A stretch of DNA of 20,000 bases from IMG/VR virus record IMGVR_UViG_3300027963_000068; one strand, given 5' to 3'. Origin of the DNA: an uncultured virus (IMG/VR IMGVR_UViG_3300027963_000068). Its lineage: Duplodnaviria > Heunggongvirae > Uroviricota > Caudoviricetes. Every line of letters starts with the position of its first letter. Positions within the stretch are counted from its first letter, which is position 1. The translations under genes and the position numbers were made by a program. The notes under the pieces were generated by a model. The model did not search any database. It was not told where the DNA came from and worked only from the letters and a program-made list of their open reading frames with translations. Below, piece by piece: positions 1 through 7,194 of this stretch.

Positions 1-294
1 ATTCGTGGGACTCTTTATAATTTAATCGAAAAAGGACAAGAAGCAGCAACAAGTCTTTTGGAACTTGCTCAAGATGGACAACAACCAAGGGCATATGAAG
101 TTTTTGGGCAGTTGATTAAAAGTGTTGCTGATTCTACTGATAAACTAATGGATATACATCAAAAAGTAAAAGAACTTAAAAAAGAAGAAAAATCTGGACC
201 AAAGAATGTTACAAATGCACTCTTTATTGGTTCTACTGCAGAACTTCAAAAACTTCTTAAAAATGGTTTAAATGCAGAAGATATTTCTAAATAA
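1..294 (+). CDS. gp16: Terminase small subunit (T4 gp16-like), 5'-truncated by the window
   Basis: Frame is open from base 1 (IRGTLYNLIEKGQEAATSLLELAQDGQQPRAYEVFGQLIKSVAD...NALFIGSTAELQKLLK). PRAYEV and FIGSTAELQK are typical gp16 motifs, and the gene lies upstream of gp17. Confidence 0.93.
   Translation: MRGTLYNLIEKGQEAATSLLELAQDGQQPRAYEVFGQLIKSVADSTDKLMDIHQKVKELKKEEKSGPKNVTNALFIGSTAELQKLLKNGLNAEDISK
286..293 (+). promoter_or_regulatory. T4-type late promoter variant (TCTAAATA)
   Basis: One mismatch from TATAAATA, overlapping the gp16 stop codon, 19 nt before the ATG at 313. The same variant recurs at 13001-13008. Confidence 0.6.
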
Positions 295-312
295 TAGAAA
301 GCAAAAAATAAA

Positions 313-2196
313 ATGAAAAATAGTACTTTTAAAAATTGGAGATTTACGACAGATATGATGATGTGTGATTATATTTTGTCCGAAGATCACGAACATTCAA
401 TGGCTAGAAGTGAAATTAAAGTAATTCAAAGTGCAATTAATAGATTGATGCAAAAATTAAAAGGTGAAGGAAATATTGAAGCCTGGGTGCAGTCAAAGAT
501 TACGAAGGCAGCAGATTATATTGATACTGCAGCAGATTATTTAGATAGTCAAGATAATAAAATAGAAGAACAAAATCAAGGACCTAGTAGTCCTGTTAAA
601 TCGTATTATCCACCTGAAGATAATCCAGGGGCACCAATTATTATTGGACCTAATCGAGGAGCTGCAGGAATTAAATATCCAGTACGATACAAAACACCGT
701 TAGCAACAAATACTCCAAACAAATCAAAGGTTCAAATGGCATCTTATGAACCAGAAGGTGATCAGATTGATGAGGTTTCTCTTCCAGGAACTGGTACTGT
801 AATGGCACCGTCTGGTGGTGTACCATATGTGCAAAAAAAAGTATTAGGAGTGACTGTACCATTTAGTCAAAATATTGTATCTCCTTCTACTGGAGGTGTA
901 AAAAAACCCAATCAATATAATCCTAATAATACCGAGTATTCTTCTACACAAGTTCAAAGATATAATGCTACTAAAAGTGCTCCTAGTGTATTGAAACCAA
1001 AAGAAGGAAATCCTGAGTTTGGATATACAAGTGTTTCTAAAACTCCAGAAAAACCACGTCCAAATTTTTTTAAAAAACCTGACATAACTTCAACTACAAA
1101 ACCTGCAGAAAAACCAACACCTCCACCAACCACTGCTTCTGGTGCAATGGCTCAAGGACTTAAAGATGTACCAGTTTTAGGTGCAGTTGCTAATATTGCT
1201 AAAAAATATGATGATAAAGTTAATTATAGAAACCAACCTCCCGAAATAAGAAAACAAATGGGTCTCCAAAATTCTTATGATTTCGAAAGTGAGGTATTTG
1301 TTGAGGAAAAAAAAAATAATTGCAACGAAGAAGGTCTTCGTGATTGGTTTGGTAAGTCCAAATCAAAGGACGGAAAGTCTGGTTGGGTAAATGTAGTAAC
1401 TGGCGGAACTTGTGCAAGTGATGAACCAGGAGAAGGAACTCCCAAGTGCGTTTCATCCTCAAAAAGAGCAAGTATGACTGATACAGAAAGAAAATCCGCA
1501 GCAAGAAGAAAGAAATTGGCAGATCCAGGACAACAATCAAAATCTGGTGCAGCAAAACCAACTTATGTTGCTACTGATGTAAAGGAAGAATCGGATACAA
1601 AAACTAAAGGTAGTGGAACCAAAGATGCTTGTTATACTAAAGTAAAATCAAGATATTCTGTCTGGCCTTCTGCCTATGCCTCGGGGGCTCTCGTAAAATG
1701 CCGTAAAGTTGGTGCTGCTAATTGGGGAACAAAATCCGAAAGTACCAATTCGCTTGATGGTGATTGGCATACTCCAATTCGAGAAAGAGCAGATAGATAT
1801 TGCCCAAAATGTGAAAAACTCGAAAGAAGAAGTGAATGCAAATACGGTTCAAGATATTGGGATATGTTTTCTTTACCAGCAGAGATAATTAGTTCAAAAA
1901 AAGATTATAATATAACAATGCCATATCCCGCAAATGAGGAAACAAATATAGACGAAAACTATTTAAGAATACAAACTCGTGGATCTACATATACTATACT
2001 AATAAATTGGAGAGGAAAATATATAACAACTCAAATGTTTTTCCAACAATTTACCAGACCAACAAAAACGGAAGTAACAAGAGAAATTAGAAAAGTTTAT
2101 CCAAATGCAATTGTATTAGCATTTAATCCTTCAGCAAATGATCCAAACAAACCATTATTATTTACAGGAGAACCAAATGGACCCAAATCTTATTGA
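313..2196 (+). CDS. Modular hypothetical protein; putative capsid-internal polyprotein with DUF5872-like and CxxC modules
   Basis: 627-aa ORF between gp16 and gp17. Discrete modules (helical EAWVQSKITKAADY; Pro/Lys-rich stretches; GLRDWF...PKCV; KDACY...WPSAYASG; YCPKC; WRGKY...FF) are separated by acidic xxE/EE linkers. Confidence 0.75.
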   Translation: MKNSTFKNWRFTTDMMMCDYILSEDHEHSMARSEIKVIQSAINRLMQKLKGEGNIEAWVQSKITKAADYIDTAADYLDSQDNKIEEQNQGPSSPVKSYYPPEDNPGAPIIIGPNRGAAGIKYPVRYKTPLATNTPNKSKVQMASYEPEGDQIDEVSLPGTGTVMAPSGGVPYVQKKVLGVTVPFSQNIVSPSTGGVKKPNQYNPNNTEYSSTQVQRYNATKSAPSVLKPKEGNPEFGYTSVSKTPEKPRPNFFKKPDITSTTKPAEKPTPPPTTASGAMAQGLKDVPVLGAVANIAKKYDDKVNYRNQPPEIRKQMGLQNSYDFESEVFVEEKKNNCNEEGLRDWFGKSKSKDGKSGWVNVVTGGTCASDEPGEGTPKCVSSSKRASMTDTERKSAARRKKLADPGQQSKSGAAKPTYVATDVKEESDTKTKGSGTKDACYTKVKSRYSVWPSAYASGALVKCRKVGAANWGTKSESTNSLDGDWHTPIRERADRYCPKCEKLERRSECKYGSRYWDMFSLPAEIISSKKDYNITMPYPANEETNIDENYLRIQTRGSTYTILINWRGKYITTQMFFQQFTRPTKTEVTREIRKVYPNAIVLAFNPSANDPNKPLLFTGEPNGPKSY

Positions 2197-2365
2197 ACTG
2201 ACAAATCTAACTAAAATATTTGAATACGAAAAAATTTCAAGGGATTTGAATGAATGTAAAGATATTGAGTCACTTAAAAACATTTGTAAGTGTTATGTGA
2301 AGTTATATTTTAAACAACAAGAGACATTAAGTTGTATTGGTTTAGGGCAGTTTAAGGGTGAATAA
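2177..2365 (+). CDS. Small helical protein, putative NblA-like phycobilisome degradation adaptor (62 aa)
   Basis: AGGAG at 2166-2170 lies 6 nt before ATG 2177, so the likely start is later than the ORF track's 2138. MDPNLIELTNLTKIFEYEKISRDLNECKDIESLKNICKCYVKLYFKQQETL matches NblA in size, in its IELxxLxxxF start and in a two-helix pattern. The CDS is well supported; the function is inferred. Confidence 0.55.
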   Translation: MDPNLIELTNLTKIFEYEKISRDLNECKDIESLKNICKCYVKLYFKQQETLSCIGLGQFKGE

Positions 2366-2368
2366 ATA

Positions 2369-4018
2369 ATGAGTAACGACCAATATCTGGGTAATCCTCT
2401 ATTAAAAAAGGCGAATACGCCAATAGAGTTTACCAAGGATCAAATTGAGCAATTTATAAAATGTAAAAAAGATCCTGTGTATTTTGCGAAAAACTACATA
2501 AAAATTGTTTCACTTGATCACGGTCTTGTGCCTTTTAATATGTACAAGTTTCAAGAAAAACTTATTAAGAATTTCCATGATCACAGATTTAACGTATGCA
2601 AAATGCCAAGACAGTCTGGTAAATCTACCACTGTCGTTTCTTATTTGCTTCATTACGCACTATTTAATGATAATGTCAATATTGCGATTCTTGCTAATAA
2701 AGCGTCTACTGCTAGAGACCTTCTTGGAAGACTTCAATTAGCATACGAAAACCTACCTAAATGGATGCAGCAGGGGGTTTTAATATGGAATAGGGGTTCA
2801 TTAGAACTAGAGAATGGTTCAAAGATTCTTGCTGCCTCTACGTCTGCCTCTGCGGTGCGTGGTGGTTCTTATAATATCATCTTTTTGGACGAATTTGCAT
2901 TCGTTCCTAACCATATTGCTGAAGATTTTTTCAGTTCTGTTTATCCTACCATATCTTCTGGACAATCTACCAAATTAATTATTGTTTCTACTCCTCACGG
3001 AATGAATCATTTTTATAAAATTTGGCATGATGCTGAAAGATCAAAAAATCAATACATTCCTACCGAAGTTCATTGGAGTGAAGTTCCTGGTAGAGATCAG
3101 GTATGGAAAAAACAAACAATAGAAAACACAAGCGAACAACAGTTTCAAGTTGAGTTTGAATGCGAGTTCTTGGGTTCTATTGGAACATTAATCAATCCAT
3201 CAAAAATAAAAACTTTGGTTTATGATGAACCAATCAAAAGAAGTGGGGGGTTAGATGTATACGAAAAACCGAAAGACGAGCATACTTATATAATGACAGT
3301 GGACGTTTCGAGAGGATTGAATAACGATTATTCGGCATTTGTTGTTTTTGATATATCAACCTTTCCTTATAAAATAGTAGCAAAATATAGGAATAATGAA
3401 ATTAAACCAATGTTATTTCCAAATATAATTTTAGATGTAGCAAAAGCATATAATAAATCATTTGTGTTAGCAGAAGTAAATGATATTGGAGAACAAGTTA
3501 CGAGTATTCTTCATTTTGATTTAGAGTATGATAATATTTTAATGTGTGCAATGAGAGGAAGAGCAGGGCAACTTGTTGGGCAAGGATTTTCTGGAAAGAA
3601 AACACAACTTGGCGTAAAGATGTCAAAAACAGTTAAAAGAGTTGGTTGTTCAAATCTAAAAACAATTATTGAAGACGATAAACTTATTTTTAATGACTAT
3701 GAAATTATTAGTGAACTTACTACTTTTATTCAAAAAAATCAATCATTTGAAGCAGAAGAAGGATGCAATGATGATTTGGTAATGTGTTTAGTAATTTTTT
3801 CTTGGTTAGTTGTTCAAGATTATTTTAAAGAAATGACAGAGAATGATGTTCGAAAAAGAATATACGAAGATCAAAAAGAACAAATAGAACAAGATATGTC
3901 TCCATTTGGATTTATTACTGATGGCCTAAATGAAGAAACTTCTTTTGTAGATAATGATGGGGACAGATGGCACACCGATGAATATGGTGATGTCTCATAT
4001 ATGTGGGAGTACAGATAA
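2369..4018 (+). CDS. gp17: Terminase large subunit
   Basis: YLGNPLLKKAN N-terminus, Walker A PRQSGKST, Walker B IIFLDEFAF, nuclease motifs VDVSRG and DDLVM. 549 aa, uninterrupted. Confidence 0.98.
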   Translation: MSNDQYLGNPLLKKANTPIEFTKDQIEQFIKCKKDPVYFAKNYIKIVSLDHGLVPFNMYKFQEKLIKNFHDHRFNVCKMPRQSGKSTTVVSYLLHYALFNDNVNIAILANKASTARDLLGRLQLAYENLPKWMQQGVLIWNRGSLELENGSKILAASTSASAVRGGSYNIIFLDEFAFVPNHIAEDFFSSVYPTISSGQSTKLIIVSTPHGMNHFYKIWHDAERSKNQYIPTEVHWSEVPGRDQVWKKQTIENTSEQQFQVEFECEFLGSIGTLINPSKIKTLVYDEPIKRSGGLDVYEKPKDEHTYIMTVDVSRGLNNDYSAFVVFDISTFPYKIVAKYRNNEIKPMLFPNIILDVAKAYNKSFVLAEVNDIGEQVTSILHFDLEYDNILMCAMRGRAGQLVGQGFSGKKTQLGVKMSKTVKRVGCSNLKTIIEDDKLIFNDYEIISELTTFIQKNQSFEAEEGCNDDLVMCLVIFSWLVVQDYFKEMTENDVRKRIYEDQKEQIEQDMSPFGFITDGLNEETSFVDNDGDRWHTDEYGDVSYMWEYR

Positions 4019-4029
4019 AATTGGTAATT

Positions 4030-4037
4030 TATAAATA
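4030..4037 (+). promoter_or_regulatory. T4 late promoter TATAAATA (gp18-gp19)
   Basis: Exact T4 late consensus in the gp17-gp18 intergenic region; GAGGG Shine-Dalgarno-like sequence before ATG 4075. Confidence 0.85.
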
Positions 4038-4074
4038 CTTTTAGACAAAATGAAATTTCTTCAGAGGGAAAGAC

Positions 4075-6477
4075 ATGGCGGTAAATTTAGTATCTCCGGG
4101 CGTAAGGGTAAGGGAAGTCGATTTAACTATTGGAAGAATTGATGGCGTAAATGATCAAACTGGTGCAATTGTTGGTCCTTTTTCTCAAGGTCCAGTAGAT
4201 TATCCAATTTTAATTGAAACAGAACAGGATTTGTTGAAATATTTCGGAAAACCATTATCTACCGATTCGCAATACGAATATTGGATGAGTGCTTCATCTT
4301 ATCTTTCATATGGTGGTATTCTAAGAGTAGTTAGAACTGATGGATCAAATTTGAACAATTCAAATGCTGGCGTTTCAGCTGATTCCGTTACTCTTAAAAT
4401 TAAATCTTATGAAGATTATACAAATAATTATTCTACCGGGTCAACTTGGTATTATGGAGCAAAAAATCCAGGTTCTTGGGCAAATAATTTAAAAGTATGT
4501 GTAATTGACTCTGCCGCAGATCAAAGAGTTGCAATTGGTACTTTTGGGTTATCGGTTGGTTTTGGTGTAACCGTTGGGGTTAATACTTCTCTTGCTGGAG
4601 TTGGATCTGCTTCAAATTTTACTGGATATTTAAGAGGAATTGTTACAAAAATTGGCAACCAAAACGTTGATGTAAAGGTTACTGATAGATACGATAATTC
4701 ATCTGGTTTATCAACTAACGTATCATATTCACAAAATAGTATTAATTCTTTTCCTTCTCAATCTGGTTCTTATTTTTTCAAAACTACTTCGGGAGTTACT
4801 ACATCGGTTGAAGCAAATAGATTTTTTGGTTCAGTAGGATCTGGTTCTACTGTTATTAATCCCGTATCTCTTACTCAAAATCTTCCAACTTCTGGGGTAA
4901 CTGTTGGAAATCAAATTAGAACAATTACTGCAGGAATAGTAAACACTTCTACAATTGTTGGTCTTGGGACTACAACTGTTAATGGTGGCACACAAAATAC
5001 AATTTTGATAAATTCTGCTTCGGCAGGAGTGGGAACAAACGTTCAATTTGTTTCATTAGTTCCAGCAGGGACTGCATTTAACTTTGCATCAAGTGGTTCT
5101 GCTGCGATTACTGTTTCTGATTGGTATAATTTGCAAACATTAGGATTAACTAATTCTACAATATACTGGAAATCAATTGCCGAAAAACCATCTACTTCCC
5201 AATATGCATCAGAAAGAAATTCAAAAAATGATGAAATTCACGTATTAGTTGTCGATGATACTGGTAGCGTGACCGGGATTTCAGGAAATATTCTTGAAAA
5301 ATATACACACCTTTCTAAGGCATTAGATGGCAAAATATCTCCATCAGAAGTTGTATATTATAAAGATTTAATTGCAGATGTATCAAATTACATTTATGCC
5401 GGATTTGCTCCTACTGGTTCTGCTACTGATTTTACAACATATACTGGTTATACCAATACAAGTACGGGAAACTGGGGCACTAATGCCCAAAGCACTTCAT
5501 TTGCAGGAATTGGAAATGTAACTTACAATTTAACTGGTGGTGTTGATTATAGTTCAACTGGGGGAATGGCACCGACATTTGGAGATATTATTTCATCTTA
5601 TGAAATTTTCAGAAATCCTGCTGAGTATTCAATCAATTTTCTGATTAATGGTCCATCTAGTGGTGCTTCAATTTTTGAAGCACAGTCAAAAGCAAATACT
5701 TTAATTTCAATTGCCGAAGAAAGAAAAGATTGTATAGCTGTTATTTCTCCATACAAATCTGGAGTATTGAACATCACAAGCACCGATACACAAACTACAA
5801 ATATTATTAATTTCTTTGATCCCATAATATCAAGTTCCTATGCAGTTTTTGATACTGGATATAAGTATACATTTGATCGCTTCAATAATACATTTAGATA
5901 CATACCTTGCAATGCAGATGTTGCTGGATTGATGGCTAGAACATCAATCAACCAATTCCCGTGGTTCTCTCCTGCTGGTTCTTCAAGAGGAGCAATTAGT
6001 AATGCTGTGAAACTTGCATACAATCCATCACAAGGTCAAAGAGACCTTCTATATCCAAAAAGAATTAATCCAATTATCTATTCACCTGGTTCTGGAATTA
6101 TTCTTTTTGGTGACAAAACTGCTTTATCTTATGCTTCTGCATTTGATAGAATTAATGTTCGTCGTTTATTCCTTACGCTCGAAGAAACAATCGAAAGAGC
6201 AGCAAGAGCACAACTATTTGAGTTTAATGATGTAATTACTAGATCCAATTTTATCAATATTGTCGAACCTTATCTTCGTGATGTAAAAGCAAAAAGAGGA
6301 ATGAGTGACTTCTTAGTTATCTGTGATGAGACAAATAATACTCCAGACATAATTGATGCAAATCAATTTAGAGCTGATATTTTCGTAAAACCAGCAAGAT
6401 CTATCAACTTCATCGGTCTTACATTTGTTGCTACTCGCACAGGTGTAAGTTTTGAAGAAGTCGTAGGCACAGTTTAA
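4075..6477 (+). CDS. gp18: Contractile tail sheath protein
   Basis: LVSPGVRVREVDLT N-terminus; PWFSPAG, RINPI, FGDKT, FDRINVRRLF, FEFND and KPARSINFI C-terminal sheath motifs. Confidence 0.98.
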   Translation: MAVNLVSPGVRVREVDLTIGRIDGVNDQTGAIVGPFSQGPVDYPILIETEQDLLKYFGKPLSTDSQYEYWMSASSYLSYGGILRVVRTDGSNLNNSNAGVSADSVTLKIKSYEDYTNNYSTGSTWYYGAKNPGSWANNLKVCVIDSAADQRVAIGTFGLSVGFGVTVGVNTSLAGVGSASNFTGYLRGIVTKIGNQNVDVKVTDRYDNSSGLSTNVSYSQNSINSFPSQSGSYFFKTTSGVTTSVEANRFFGSVGSGSTVINPVSLTQNLPTSGVTVGNQIRTITAGIVNTSTIVGLGTTTVNGGTQNTILINSASAGVGTNVQFVSLVPAGTAFNFASSGSAAITVSDWYNLQTLGLTNSTIYWKSIAEKPSTSQYASERNSKNDEIHVLVVDDTGSVTGISGNILEKYTHLSKALDGKISPSEVVYYKDLIADVSNYIYAGFAPTGSATDFTTYTGYTNTSTGNWGTNAQSTSFAGIGNVTYNLTGGVDYSSTGGMAPTFGDIISSYEIFRNPAEYSINFLINGPSSGASIFEAQSKANTLISIAEERKDCIAVISPYKSGVLNITSTDTQTTNIINFFDPIISSSYAVFDTGYKYTFDRFNNTFRYIPCNADVAGLMARTSINQFPWFSPAGSSRGAISNAVKLAYNPSQGQRDLLYPKRINPIIYSPGSGIILFGDKTALSYASAFDRINVRRLFLTLEETIERAARAQLFEFNDVITRSNFINIVEPYLRDVKAKRGMSDFLVICDETNNTPDIIDANQFRADIFVKPARSINFIGLTFVATRTGVSFEEVVGTV

Positions 6478-6480
6478 CAC

Positions 6481-6490
6481 AAAGAGGTAA
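6481..6490 (+). promoter_or_regulatory. Strong ribosome-binding site AAAGAGGTAA (gp19)
   Basis: An identical 10-mer precedes gp23 (11550-11559); both genes encode high-copy virion proteins. Confidence 0.7.
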
Positions 6491-6496
6491 CAAAAA

Positions 6497-7168
6497 ATGG
6501 CTACTAACTCCAATTCTTTTACTGGCGGATCCCAAACCCCAAATAGTAGAACTTTAAATGAGTTCAAAAGTAGAATGTCTGGGGGAGGAGTAAGATCTAA
6601 TTTATTTGAATGCGAAATTACTTTTCCTTCTGAGGTTTATAGTGCGACTCATACTGGAAATCAAAGCGATCTTTCAGATAAAACTAGATTTTTAATTAAA
6701 GCAGCAAATCTTCCTGCATCTACTTTGGGTATTATTGATATTCCATTTAGAGGAAGAAATCTTAAAATTGCTGGTGATCGCACATTTGATCCTTGGACGA
6801 TTACTGTAATTAATGATAACGATTTCCACATTCGAAATGCTTTCGAAAGATGGATCAATTATATGAATAAAAACGAAGATGCTGCTGGAAAAATTGATCC
6901 GAATACTTATCAACAAGATGCAATTATATATCAACTTGGAAGAGCAAACCTTACCGGTTCAACTCCAACAACTGATACTCAAATACCTATACTAAAACAG
7001 TATAAATTTTATGGGGTATTTCCAACTGCTATAAGTGCAATTGATGTTTCTTATGATTCTTCAGATACAATTGAAGAATTTACAGTAGATTTGCAAGTCC
7101 AATGGTGGGATGCTCTTGATAATACTGGTACTTCTCAACTTGGCACATCGAAACAAACAACACCATAA
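6497..7168 (+). CDS. gp19: Tail tube protein
   Basis: GGGVRSNLFE, KAANLPAS, FRGRNLKIAGDRTFDPWTITVIND and IEEFTVDLQVQWW motifs; directly follows gp18. Confidence 0.97.
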   Translation: MATNSNSFTGGSQTPNSRTLNEFKSRMSGGGVRSNLFECEITFPSEVYSATHTGNQSDLSDKTRFLIKAANLPASTLGIIDIPFRGRNLKIAGDRTFDPWTITVINDNDFHIRNAFERWINYMNKNEDAAGKIDPNTYQQDAIIYQLGRANLTGSTPTTDTQIPILKQYKFYGVFPTAISAIDVSYDSSDTIEEFTVDLQVQWWDALDNTGTSQLGTSKQTTP

Positions 7169-7171
7169 ATA
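7164..7171 (+). promoter_or_regulatory. Late promoter (CATAAATA) for gp20
   Basis: NATAAATA overlapping the gp19 stop codon, 23 nt upstream of ATG 7195. Confidence 0.7.
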
Positions 7172-7194
7172 GTAGAAACTATTTTATTTTATTG

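Noticed and set aside
508..549. 21-bp tandem duplication (AADYIDT/AADYLDS)
   Set aside because: Only two copies, consistent with an ordinary helical heptad repeat rather than an array.
671..1561. Minus-strand ORFs 671-862 and 1220-1561, and the other short shadow ORFs inside core genes
   Set aside because: They are antisense or out-of-frame to well-supported genes and have no recognisable protein motifs.
7167..7190. AAATAGT-AGAA-ACTATTT plus T-rich tract as a terminator after gp19
   Set aside because: The stem is almost all A-T and overlaps the late promoter; too weak to call.
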